From the IMG/VR virus record IMGVR_UViG_3300048080_000347, positions 1 through 47,649 of that record: a stretch of DNA of 47,649 bases. One strand, written 5' to 3'. Shown here piece by piece: positions 24,594 through 33,581 of the stretch. Origin of the DNA: a virus (Duplodnaviria; Caudoviricetes). The notes below the pieces were generated by a model. The model did not search any database. It had not been told where the DNA came from and saw only the letters and a list, made by a program, of their open reading frames with translations. Made by a program: the position numbers and the translations under genes. Each line of letters starts with the position of its first letter. The first letter of the stretch is position 1.

Positions 24594-25003
24594 CGGCCAC
24601 CGTCTGTTCCACTCGGCGCAGCTGGCGCGCGCTCGAGGCGGTCGCTCTTCCGACCGTCACGCACCACCCGGTACAATTCCCGAATGTCGACCTGGGTTTC
24701 GAAGGTGGCGCGGCCCTGCTGAACCGCCACCTGCTCGAGGAAAACAACCCGTTGCTCGATGGCCTTGACCCCTGCGTCCGCTGTCGCCTTTGCTTCAATG
24801 CGCGCCACCTCCTGAGCCTCAGCCCTCAGCGCGCGGACGCCGACCGCTCCGCCACCCAGCCCCAGCACTGTCGAGACAGAGCCGACGAGAACGCGGAGCC
24901 AGGCGTGCGGCTTCTTGCGGAGTCGCGCGCGCCTGACCTGAGAGTCTTCCTCGGGCCCAAGCGACGGAACCAGGGGCGAGACAAGCGGCGGAGGAACAGG
25001 CAC
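24590..25003 (-). CDS. Single-TM protein with coiled coil (holin/antiholin candidate)
   Basis: WLRVLVGSVSTVLGLGGGAVGV TM followed by coiled coil; upstream of the endolysin. Confidence 0.55.
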   Translation of the reverse strand: MPVPPPLVSPLVPSLGPEEDSQVRRARLRKKPHAWLRVLVGSVSTVLGLGGGAVGVRALRAEAQEVARIEAKATADAGVKAIEQRVVFLEQVAVQQGRATFETQVDIRELYRVVRDGRKSDRLERAPAAPSGTDGGR

Positions 25004-25012
25004 GCCGGAAGC

Positions 25013-25372
25013 CTACTCGATCAGCAGCCAGTGAAACCTGGTGGTGGCGGTCGCGTTCGCGGCGCAGGTCACGGTGAAGCTCCCCGCCGCGTTCACCGAG
25101 TTGACCAGCGCGAGGCACGTCACGTCCCGGTTGATCGCGGTGAGGAGAACGTGGCTCGAGATCTTCGCCCGGCTGTTGGTGATGACGACGGTGGCCGCGC
25201 CGAGCGCGATCGCGCTCTTGCCTGAGCCCGTGTTGAGGGTGGCGTTGCCGGGCGTTCCGGTGCTGTCGCCCTTGGTGATGACGCCGAGCTGCTCGGTGTG
25301 CGTCTCGTCGTTGAGTTGGTAGGGCGCGGCAGCGAGCAGCAGCAGACCAACGATTGGGAACAGGGGTTTCAC
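25013..25372 (-). CDS. Small exported beta-rich tail-like protein
   Basis: Signal peptide MKPLFPIVGLLLLAAA; G...IA.GA.TVVITNS...S.VLLT...AGSFTV...F.WLLI resembles fibre-tip domains; 2 Cys. Confidence 0.6.
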   Translation of the reverse strand: MKPLFPIVGLLLLAAAPYQLNDETHTEQLGVITKGDSTGTPGNATLNTGSGKSAIALGAATVVITNSRAKISSHVLLTAINRDVTCLALVNSVNAAGSFTVTCAANATATTRFHWLLIE

Positions 25373-27078
25373 AGGCGGCAGATTCTCGAGCCCGTCGCGG
25401 TCGAGGCCAGGCAGGAGTAGATGGCCGCGAGCGAGCCGAACGAGGCGGTACTGGTGCCGTTGTCAATGTTGAGGTCAGCCGTCCCGCTGGTGATGGTGAT
25501 GGCGCTCGGGAGCCAGAGCGAGCCGCCAAGCGAGACGAAGGCGGCGTTGCTGAGGGCGTTGCCGCTGAAGGTGTTGGTCTGGCCGAAGCCCACGGTGCCG
25601 GTGCCGCCGACCGCAACCCCGTAGGTGCAGTTCGTCACATCCATTCCGGTGATGACCTGCGCAGATGAGTACGTCGCCGGCGAAGTGACAGACGTACCTG
25701 ACGCAACAGATAAACAAGCTGATGTTGATGCCGAATTGCAATCACAGCGACTTTGTGTAAGTGATGCGATCCCACCTGCCGAAGTGCGTACTGCAGCACT
25801 ATTTACAGACGCAATAATAAGTTGGTTCCGCACTGAGGAGACGGTTGCGAACGCCGATCCAGCAATAGCTCCTAACGGACCAGAAGGACCAGACGCGGCC
25901 ACATTCATGTACGAGTCTATCAGCGCCAAACTCGTCCCGGCACCACTCGCTGACATGGTGCTGAGAAATGAACTGGAAAAGATATTCTCCACAGAATTAT
26001 TCGCGAAGACTCCAATCCCAGTTCCCGTTGACACTACCTGCGAAAGGTTGACAATCTGCGGCCCAGAGAAGGCGAGTGAACCGCCAGTTCCAACGGCAAT
26101 CCCGATGTTTCTAATGGTGATCCCGCTCGCCGTGCTGTTATTGACGATCTGGATTCCGGCAGCTCCAATCTGCTGGACACCAAGTGCGGTCGGGATGAGC
26201 GGCACGGTCGAGGTGATGATCGAACTCGGCGACTGGATCGCATAGGTCGAGGTGCCGGTCGGCGCCGTCCACGTCCCGGCCACCGTGATGACCGTCGCGG
26301 TGTTAGCCGTGATTATCTTCACCTGCCCAGAGCCGAGGCCACCCGTGATGGTGATGAGTCGCCCACGGAAATCGTTGACGGTCCACGTCGCGGCCGTGTC
26401 GGTCAGCGTGCCGAAGGTGGTGCCGCTGCCAGCCGTGCCGGAGGTCGCGGTGCCCGTCGCGCTCCCGGTCGTCGGCACCACGTTCGCGAGCACGCCGTCG
26501 ATGAGGATGCCGCCCGTCGTCTTCTGCACGCTCGGGTCGGTGGTGAAGCCGGAGACGACGAAGCCCGCGTAGTTCCCCGCCGCGAGGTTCACCGTCAGCC
26601 GGTGGCGCAGTGCCTTTGGAGGCTTATTCACCGCGCCCTGAATCGTCAGGCAGGCGTTGAGCCCGCTCGCGGTGCAGGCGTTCGAGTCGCTCCCGATCGG
26701 GTCGACGTAGAGCACGACGTCAGCCGAGCTCGAGGTGTTCGGCGCTGGCGAGCCGGCGAAGATCCGACAGGTGAAGCCCGCTCGCGCGACGCCGTTGATC
26801 ACGCTGATCCGATCGTTCGCCGCGTCGAGGTAGATCGGGAAGCCCAGCGGAAACCGGACGAAGTTCACTTCCAGACTCGTCGCGCTCGCCACCGGCGGCG
26901 AGGCGGCGCTGCCTTGAACGAACTTGACGATCTGGCCCGGACACTGAAGCAGGAGAGAGGCGCCGGCGGTCGCTGTGTAGGTCGCCGGCGTGTAGCTGGT
27001 GGTCGTCAACGTCGTCAGCAGCTGCGCCGACGCGGAAGTTGCGAAGAGCACAGCGGCGAGCAGGGCAACGCGTTTCAT
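25369..27078 (-). CDS. Tailspike/beta-helix-like protein with a Sec signal peptide
   Basis: MKRVALLAAVLFATSASA|Q; LYVDPIGSDSN...TIQGAVN...TVNLAAGNY beta-helix cap motif; Ser/Thr/Gly-rich; 10 Cys. Confidence 0.7.
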   Translation of the reverse strand: MKRVALLAAVLFATSASAQLLTTLTTTSYTPATYTATAGASLLLQCPGQIVKFVQGSAASPPVASATSLEVNFVRFPLGFPIYLDAANDRISVINGVARAGFTCRIFAGSPAPNTSSSADVVLYVDPIGSDSNACTASGLNACLTIQGAVNKPPKALRHRLTVNLAAGNYAGFVVSGFTTDPSVQKTTGGILIDGVLANVVPTTGSATGTATSGTAGSGTTFGTLTDTAATWTVNDFRGRLITITGGLGSGQVKIITANTATVITVAGTWTAPTGTSTYAIQSPSSIITSTVPLIPTALGVQQIGAAGIQIVNNSTASGITIRNIGIAVGTGGSLAFSGPQIVNLSQVVSTGTGIGVFANNSVENIFSSSFLSTMSASGAGTSLALIDSYMNVAASGPSGPLGAIAGSAFATVSSVRNQLIIASVNSAAVRTSAGGIASLTQSRCDCNSASTSACLSVASGTSVTSPATYSSAQVITGMDVTNCTYGVAVGGTGTVGFGQTNTFSGNALSNAAFVSLGGSLWLPSAITITSGTADLNIDNGTSTASFGSLAAIYSCLASTATGSRICRL

Positions 27079-27149
27079 TGGGCTGGCTCCCGGGAAGGGT
27101 TCGGCCGAAGACCCTATCAGCTGTCCGGCAGGAAGAGGCGGAGCGTTCG

Positions 27150-28184
27150 TCAGACGTTCACCCAGGCGCTTCCGTTAAAGATCCGCAGAATCCCGGTCCC
27201 GGAGTTCACGTACATGTCCCCCTGCACTGCCGAGGTTGGGTCGGCGTTTTGCGGAACGATGCGGAAGGCCGCCGTGCTCGGTGAGGTCGAGTCACCAGAA
27301 GCGGCCACGACTCCGCGTCCGTTGATTCCACCCGTTCCGACGACGCCGCTTCCGGCGCCCTGGCCGACCGCGCTCACACCCTCACCATTCGATCCGCCGC
27401 CAAGAAATACCCCGCCGAAAGAAGTGACACCGCCACCGACGCCAACAACGCCAGCACCGCTTCCGACACCCTCGCCGCGAAGACCACCGCCGTTCGGCGC
27501 GCCACCAATACCGAAAAGGCCGTTCGCACTGGCAGCGCCACCGGTGCCCTTCACGCCTTCGCCGCTTCCATTCCCGAGGCCATTCAGGCCGATTCCGTTC
27601 GCGTCGCCTCCAGCGCCCGAGACGCCAGCCCCGGTGCCATCGCCGCTTCCGAAAACGCCGATCCCGTTGGCGACACCGCCGAAGCCGGCTACTCCGATTC
27701 CGTTTGTTCCACCGCCGGTGCCTCGGATGCCGACCCCAACTGTGGACCCAACGCCGATCACTCCATCGCCGACCCCGACCCCGACTCCGCGCACACCCAC
27801 CCCGTTGGTGGTTCCGCCGGTGCCGTGAACGCCGTAGCCGTCGGAGGCTGCCCCTCCGATACCGACCACGCCACTACCACTCGAGCCTCCGGTGAAGACA
27901 CCGCCATTCCCGATCCCGTTCGTTGCGACGACACCGGCTGTAAAAGACTTCAGGCCGGTGATGGTTTGCGCGCTCGCCTTGTCGACGAACTTCGCGAGCA
28001 GGGCGATCCCCAACTGAGTGTTGGTTCCCTTTACGAGTGCGACGCCAGCCGACTCGATGAAATTGCAGATTTCCTCCTGGACGGCATTGAGCCAGTCGTC
28101 GTCGACCTGGGTTGCGACCTGGACGCCGGGAGTCCCGTCGGTGAAGAGGTTTGCAACGTGGCCATCGGTATCTACGCGGTGCAT
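27150..28184 (-). CDS. Tail fibre protein with Gly-rich repeats
   Basis: Mu-like N-terminus MHRVD...FTDG.P...AT.V...WLNAVQEEI...AG...QL; repeated GxGVxGxGG units. Confidence 0.8.
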   Translation of the reverse strand: MHRVDTDGHVANLFTDGTPGVQVATQVDDDWLNAVQEEICNFIESAGVALVKGTNTQLGIALLAKFVDKASAQTITGLKSFTAGVVATNGIGNGGVFTGGSSGSGVVGIGGAASDGYGVHGTGGTTNGVGVRGVGVGVGDGVIGVGSTVGVGIRGTGGGTNGIGVAGFGGVANGIGVFGSGDGTGAGVSGAGGDANGIGLNGLGNGSGEGVKGTGGAASANGLFGIGGAPNGGGLRGEGVGSGAGVVGVGGGVTSFGGVFLGGGSNGEGVSAVGQGAGSGVVGTGGINGRGVVAASGDSTSPSTAAFRIVPQNADPTSAVQGDMYVNSGTGILRIFNGSAWVNV

Positions 28185-28195
28185 GGTGCCCCTTC

Positions 28196-29119
28196 TTACG
28201 TCGGGTTCGAGTAAGCGAACAGGGTGATCGAATGGCCGGGTGCCGCCCGGGTCATGATGCACTCGAAGGACAGCACCCGAGCCGGCAGCGGGGCAACCCA
28301 TGCGGTATTGACTGACGGGAGCGCGCCGAACGGGGAGCCCCAGATAGTCAGGCTCCCATCGTCGACCCAAAAGTTCGTCGCCCCTACCTGGACGACGAAG
28401 CGCTCGGCACCGCCGGATCGATGGGCGTAGATGCGGTAGCCGGTCGCGCCGAAAAGCGACGCCCACGTGAGTTCGATCTGATTCGTCGCCCCGCTCGCCG
28501 GCGTGTGCGACCGCCGCGCGTTCGCCAGCGTTTCGCCGTTCGCGTTGATCGCCGACACCCGGTAGTTGTGCTGGGTGGTCCCGAGCGTTCCGCCAACGGT
28601 ACTGAAGAGCGTGGCGTTTCCCTCGACCGGGGTCGACTCAAAGGACATCCCCAGGAGAAGGGCGTTGATCGTGTCGAGTCGCCAGGTGTGGACCCAGGCG
28701 ATCCCGTTCACTCGGTCTCCAGACCGGAAGCCCGAGCGCAGGACGTCCGAGTAGAACTCGGAGATCGTCGAGGTGAATCCGAGGGCCAGCGCCGCGGCGA
28801 TGAAGAACGGGCGCGACTGCCCACCTCGGGCTGCGATCTTCCCGGCGACCGCCAGCCGTCGATCCGCCAGCGTCGCCGGGAGCTCGAGCACGCACCCGTC
28901 GGGGAGCCCGAGCACGCGCTCCCAGTCGGTGATCAGCTCGGCGGTGGTGCGCGGGTCGGCCTCTTCGATCAGCGCTTCCCCGCGCGCGTCGAGCCGGGCA
29001 AGCTCTTCGGCAATGGCCTCGAGCGTGTCCTCGATCGTGCTGTCGCGAATGAGCAGGGCCGCGCCCGGAGGGAGCAGTCCTTTCAGCTGGCGGGCGTAGG
29101 CTGGTGCCCCGATGGCCAC
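28196..29119 (-). CDS. Baseplate wedge protein YmfQ/DUF2313 (Mu gp48-like) with an inserted domain
   Basis: LLPPG, E.DPRTT.ELI.DWERVLGLPD, GGQSR.FFI..A..LG and FEC...RAAP.H. Confidence 0.85.
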   Translation of the reverse strand: MAIGAPAYARQLKGLLPPGAALLIRDSTIEDTLEAIAEELARLDARGEALIEEADPRTTAELITDWERVLGLPDGCVLELPATLADRRLAVAGKIAARGGQSRPFFIAAALALGFTSTISEFYSDVLRSGFRSGDRVNGIAWVHTWRLDTINALLLGMSFESTPVEGNATLFSTVGGTLGTTQHNYRVSAINANGETLANARRSHTPASGATNQIELTWASLFGATGYRIYAHRSGGAERFVVQVGATNFWVDDGSLTIWGSPFGALPSVNTAWVAPLPARVLSFECIMTRAAPGHSITLFAYSNPT

Positions 29120-29131
29120 GACTCGCTCCTC

Positions 29132-30181
29132 CTACGTCCAGGTGATGACGCCCAGGGTGGCGAGCAAGCCGGTTGCGTTCGGCACGTTCGCGGCCGGCGT
29201 GGTGAGGGTGTAGTCGCTGATCCCCTCGGTGTCCCCGATGGCTTGCCGGATGTGGCTAAGCAGGATCGTTCCGCCTGGCTCGGCGTCGCGCAAGATCATG
29301 TCGGTCAGCGAGGCAGCCACCGCGAGTCGCAGCGCGGCGGTGTCGGGGACGATGTGGATTGTATGGGCGATCGGAGCCGCCACCGGGGCGACCGCGGTGA
29401 ACGTGGCTGTCACAGGGCGGAGCGCGTCGATGTACGTCTGCACCACCGCGACCTCGCCAGCATCGGGGATCAAGCTCGGGTCATCGTCGCGCACGAAGCG
29501 GACTACCACGGTGCCGGCGCCCAGCTCGAGAGGGTAGACCCAGGCCCGCGTCACCCCGGCCACCTCGAGCGCCCACGCGATGTAGTCGGCCGCGTTTCCA
29601 CCGTGGGGCGGCGACTGCATACGGGCGGTGAGCCGGGCGCGCAGCTGGTCATACGTCTCTTCGTCGCTTCCATTGACCAGACCGCCGATCGCCACGGTGG
29701 CCGGATCGTCAATGCCGGCGATCGGCGTGACGAAGGCAAGCAGAGAGCCGGCTGCGAGGTTGCCTTCGTCACCGGCGAGCACGGCGGTCACCGTGCCGGA
29801 AGCCACCCCTGCGACGATGGTCAACTCCACGTCGAGCGCGTATTCGCGCCCGTCGTTGACGAGGAGCGTGCCGGCCGGGATCACCGTGGTGTTGATCCCG
29901 GTGAAGTTGACCGTGCCGATCGCGAACTCGGCCTGCTTTCGGGTCAGCCCGAAGAGGGTCGCCCATCGCACCAGGTTCTCGGCGCTCGCCGTGTCGGGGA
30001 ACAGCTGAAGCGAGAGGAAGTCGAGGTGCCCGTGCATCATGTGGGCGGCGCCGGCGATCACCAGCGAGAGGACGTAGACCATCGAACGGCGGAGGATCGC
30101 CACGGTGAGATCAAGCCGCGAAACGAAGTCGGCCCGGATGCGCTCGGCGAGCTCGTCGAGGGTCGGTCGTTGGAACGCCAT
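29132..30181 (-). CDS. Baseplate J-like protein (Mu gp47)
   Basis: F.RPTL, PDTA..E.L, G.DEET..QLRARL, PPHGG...DY..WALEVAGVTRAWVYP. Confidence 0.92.
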   Translation of the reverse strand: MAFQRPTLDELAERIRADFVSRLDLTVAILRRSMVYVLSLVIAGAAHMMHGHLDFLSLQLFPDTASAENLVRWATLFGLTRKQAEFAIGTVNFTGINTTVIPAGTLLVNDGREYALDVELTIVAGVASGTVTAVLAGDEGNLAAGSLLAFVTPIAGIDDPATVAIGGLVNGSDEETYDQLRARLTARMQSPPHGGNAADYIAWALEVAGVTRAWVYPLELGAGTVVVRFVRDDDPSLIPDAGEVAVVQTYIDALRPVTATFTAVAPVAAPIAHTIHIVPDTAALRLAVAASLTDMILRDAEPGGTILLSHIRQAIGDTEGISDYTLTTPAANVPNATGLLATLGVITWT

Positions 30182-30648
30182 CAGGCCCTCCGCGCTTCCT
30201 GCGCCAGCCAGTTGTAGTTGAAGCGGAACAAGATCGGGTCCACCTTCGGGCGGTGAATGGTGATCACCAGGAGCAGCACCCCTTTCTGGAGCACCGAGGG
30301 CTCGACGTCAACTCGCTCTGCCACCCCGTCCTGGGCCATCCACTCGAGCGCCTCGCGCGCATACTCGCCGGCGCGCACGACAATCTTCGGCGATTCCTTT
30401 TCTCTGGCGAGCAGCCAGAGGCGGCTGCCTATCTGATCTCCCTCGATCGGCGAGAGCGGATCAGCCCACCACCCGCGGCGCTCTGTCTCTTCCGGCGGCA
30501 GTGTGTCTTCGGCGCCGACCCGGCGATCGGTGAAGAGCGAGAGGACTACCGCAGTTTCGAAGGTGGCGTCCGTCTCGAGATCGTTGTCCACGATCGAGAA
30601 GTCGGCGCCGCCCTTCTGCGTATCCCACGTCAGCCGGATATCGCTCAA
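30181..30648 (-). CDS. Baseplate protein (Mu gp46)
   Basis: TAVVLSLFTDRR, RRGWWAD, GSRLWLL.REK, YAREALEW. Confidence 0.92.
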   Translation of the reverse strand: MSDIRLTWDTQKGGADFSIVDNDLETDATFETAVVLSLFTDRRVGAEDTLPPEETERRGWWADPLSPIEGDQIGSRLWLLAREKESPKIVVRAGEYAREALEWMAQDGVAERVDVEPSVLQKGVLLLVITIHRPKVDPILFRFNYNWLAQEARRA

Positions 30649-31301
30649 TTGGGGGCCCCAGTGTTGCCGCCGATCGTGCCTGGCGGTGGTGAGCCGGTGA
30701 CCGTCGCTGTGGTGGTTAGCGTGCTGCCTGGGTGCGTGTGGTTCTTCAGGCTCTTCCCGCCGCCGACAACATCGGTAGTCCCCGTGATCGTCGCGTCGCT
30801 GTCAATGTTCCCCGTGACCGTCAGCGTTTGGCCGATGGTGACGTCCTCGGTGATCTCGAGCAAGGGCGTTGCGATCTTCACCTTCGTCGAGGCCACGAGT
30901 TCGATCGTCGGGGCGGTCATCAGGATCTTCGTGGGCGCGGTGACTTCGATGTTCCCACCACGCTTGAGCACCACCTTCGAGCCGAGGTCGTCGAACATCG
31001 CGACCTCGCCTTCCGCGAGCGCGAGCAGCCGGTAGCGGCGATCATCGACAACGACGATGAGCCCGTGGTCGCGGGCCCCACCGACGAACGCAACGACTGC
31101 CTCAGCGCCGGGGTGTGGGTGGCTGGTGAAGCCGTAGTTCTGAAACCGCTCGACCCCTTCGCGTGTCTCCCCCTCGAGCAGCGACAGTTGGATCGCCTGC
31201 ATCTTCTTCGCATCGTCGACCACCTTGACGATGCCGCGGGCGATCATGTTCGCCACCCGGGTGCGAATCGACGCGAGGAGTAGCTGCAGCTGTCGGAGCA
31301 T
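30645..31301 (-). CDS. Baseplate spike / assembly protein V (Mu gp45)
   Basis: VERFQNYGFTSHP..GAEAV, DDRRYR, GEVA.FD and C-terminal SLKNHTH metal motif. Confidence 0.92.
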   Translation of the reverse strand: MLRQLQLLLASIRTRVANMIARGIVKVVDDAKKMQAIQLSLLEGETREGVERFQNYGFTSHPHPGAEAVVAFVGGARDHGLIVVVDDRRYRLLALAEGEVAMFDDLGSKVVLKRGGNIEVTAPTKILMTAPTIELVASTKVKIATPLLEITEDVTIGQTLTVTGNIDSDATITGTTDVVGGGKSLKNHTHPGSTLTTTATVTGSPPPGTIGGNTGAPN

Positions 31302-32392
31302 CAGGCGCCCTTCGCAAGCTCTTTATAGAGGCCGGTGCTGGCCTTGGTAATCACCGGCTCGGGAAGGTATGCGTCCGGGCGCTCGAGGGAAAGGGCGGTC
31401 AACGTTCCGCTCTCGGCGCTGATCGTCCGGGTGACTTCGCTCACCAGCATGGAGCCGTTGATGCCCAGGAACGGGGAGCGCAAAGGCACCAGCGCGTTGA
31501 CAGGCCAGAGCGAGCGGTCGCCCTGGGTCCATCCCTGAACCGTGATTGTCACCGCGTCCGCCCTCGACGCCCGCACCTTCGCCTCCCAGCCAGCGCGCTG
31601 TGCGGCTTGCGCCTTGGTGAGTGCGTTCTCGCCGCGAATGAGGAGCACCCGTTCAGCCCGGCGCACGTTCTCGTCGGTCGCCTCGCCTTTCGACACGAGG
31701 GCCTCACCGAAGAACTGATCGGTCCCCGGGCGCGTCGCCAGCACGACGTAGCGCCGGAAGCGCGCCGAGCCATCGAAGGTGCCTGAGGCGGACTTGATGT
31801 TGACCCCCTCGACGAGCGCCGTCTGGCAGCGGTCGATCCCCGGGCGCATCAGTTCGACCCCGCCGTCGCCGTCGGAGATCGCCAGCACCCCGGCGTGCCG
31901 GCAGGCGCGCTCAAGCACGTCGAAAGAAGAATCCCCGGGCTCCACCGAGAACTTCGGCGGAGGCGTCGGCAGCTCCAGGTTGGCCTGCAGCGCCACGAGG
32001 ATTCCGTAGGGCTCGGCGAGCCTCTTGGCCAACGTGAGTAGAGGAACCCCGGCGAACTCCCACTCGGCTTTCCCGTTCTTCGTGAGCATCGCCGAGCAGT
32101 CAACCATCGCCGCGGCCTTGTCTCGCCCCGCTACGGTGAGGGTGTGCGAATCCGCGTCGTAGGACACGGTGCGGCGGTCAACGAAGCCGGTGATCACCGT
32201 CACCCCGTCGATCGACACCTGGCACTCGTCTTCCTCGAGAATCGGCCACGGCTTCGCCTGGGTCGCCCACTTCTCATTGATGCTGAGCTCGAAGGCGCCG
32301 GCTACCGCGCGGATCCCCTGGGTGATCGAGATGGTTTTCCAGCCCAGGTATTCTTTCCCGGCGACCTTCAGCCCCACCTTCGGATCAGGCAT
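31301..32392 (-). CDS. Baseplate hub protein (Mu gp44/gpP)
   Basis: Y.GW...I, VITGFVD, GRDK...VDCS, L.EGVNI and GW.Q...LW.VN. Confidence 0.9.
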   Translation of the reverse strand: MPDPKVGLKVAGKEYLGWKTISITQGIRAVAGAFELSINEKWATQAKPWPILEEDECQVSIDGVTVITGFVDRRTVSYDADSHTLTVAGRDKAAAMVDCSAMLTKNGKAEWEFAGVPLLTLAKRLAEPYGILVALQANLELPTPPPKFSVEPGDSSFDVLERACRHAGVLAISDGDGGVELMRPGIDRCQTALVEGVNIKSASGTFDGSARFRRYVVLATRPGTDQFFGEALVSKGEATDENVRRAERVLLIRGENALTKAQAAQRAGWEAKVRASRADAVTITVQGWTQGDRSLWPVNALVPLRSPFLGINGSMLVSEVTRTISAESGTLTALSLERPDAYLPEPVITKASTGLYKELAKGA

Positions 32393-33581
32393 GGCTCAGC
32401 ACCTCGAGCACCCGCCCGCCCGGGATGAAGCCGGGGTGCCGGACGTGGTTGCGCTCGAGGAGATCGGCCTCGCCGTCGAGGTTGCCGTACAGCCGGTAGG
32501 TGATTACCAGCGACGGCACGGTAGCGATCGGCGTGTACGAAACCAGGCGCGGCAGATCCGCGCTCGCGCCCGGCATCGCGTTCACCAGGTCGGCGCGCAG
32601 CTGCGTCAGGGAAGGGAAGGCGCTGTCCGTTGACACCTCGAGCAGGTCGTCGATCTTCTCGGTGATTGCCTCGCGCGCGGCGACCGCATCCTCGAAGCTG
32701 CCGAAGAAGCTACTGCCCGCGACGGCCACCAGGGTCGCCTGGCTTAGCACCAGCCCCCGGAAGAGATCGCGGGTCGCATCCCAACTGGCCTGCTCGCGCA
32801 CCCGCCGCGGGGTTGTCGCCGGCGGTCGCACGCCTGGGTTGAAGTCGTAGGCCGCGAGGATGGCGGCCACGTGCCGTCGCGGGTCCGCCGTCGTCGCCAG
32901 CTGCTCGAGCACGCCCAGAAAGGCGGCGGCAAGAGCGGCCGGCGCAGTCACCAGTTGCAGCGAGTTGTCGACCAGGTTGGAGATCTGCGCCTTCACCGAG
33001 GCGAGCGCCTGAGTGCCGACCACCAATGGGGCGAGCAGGCGATCCATCTCGCGACCCGCAGAGCGAACGATGCCGGCGAGCCCGTTGACGGCGGTCGCGG
33101 GGAGATCCAAGAGCGAATAGACCTCCTGAAAGGCGGCGTCCGAAGCCGCCTTCGCCGCGGCACCGGAGGCCCGCACCGCCGCCGCCGAGTCGAGGGCGGC
33201 GGCGGGGAAGGAAGGGAGCGCGTCCGTCTGCTCGAACTCGATCGAGAACGTGGCAATGCCGCCGTCGCCCCGCGTTTCGCGCAGCCGGTAGCGGGGGCAG
33301 ATGACCCGCAGCGCACCGTGGTAGGGGTGGAGCAGTTCACCGGGGCCCGGCGCCTCGAGCGCATTCACCAGGAGATCGCGGGCCGCGAAGTAATTTTCCC
33401 CGAGGACGTAGCCCTCGATCGGGAAGCTGCGCGCGGCCCGTCCGAGGTCTTCGTGGAACGGCTTGTCCTGCCCGAGGAACTCGTGCTTGACGGTGCGCCG
33501 CCCGCCGGATCGCTCCGAGGACTCCACGAAGAAGGGCACGCCGCGGAACGACGCGGGGCCCAGTGTGTCGCGCCAACTCAT
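32385..33581 (-). CDS. DNA circularization protein (Mu gpN/gp43)
   Basis: ASFRGVPF.V, GRR...HEF, EDLGR, GPGELLHPYHG and C-terminal PSLV..Y.LYG...RN..RHPGF. Confidence 0.92.
   Translation of the reverse strand: MSWRDTLGPASFRGVPFFVESSERSGGRRTVKHEFLGQDKPFHEDLGRAARSFPIEGYVLGENYFAARDLLVNALEAPGPGELLHPYHGALRVICPRYRLRETRGDGGIATFSIEFEQTDALPSFPAAALDSAAAVRASGAAAKAASDAAFQEVYSLLDLPATAVNGLAGIVRSAGREMDRLLAPLVVGTQALASVKAQISNLVDNSLQLVTAPAALAAAFLGVLEQLATTADPRRHVAAILAAYDFNPGVRPPATTPRRVREQASWDATRDLFRGLVLSQATLVAVAGSSFFGSFEDAVAAREAITEKIDDLLEVSTDSAFPSLTQLRADLVNAMPGASADLPRLVSYTPIATVPSLVITYRLYGNLDGEADLLERNHVRHPGFIPGGRVLEVLSHA

Noticed and set aside
26602-27828. Pro-rich 408-aa plus-strand ORF
   Set aside because: Antisense reading of the Gly-rich tail fibre (GGN codons read as Pro)
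25369-28184. Diversity-generating retroelement or tail-fibre shufflon
   Set aside because: No reverse transcriptase, TR/VR pair or invertase seen
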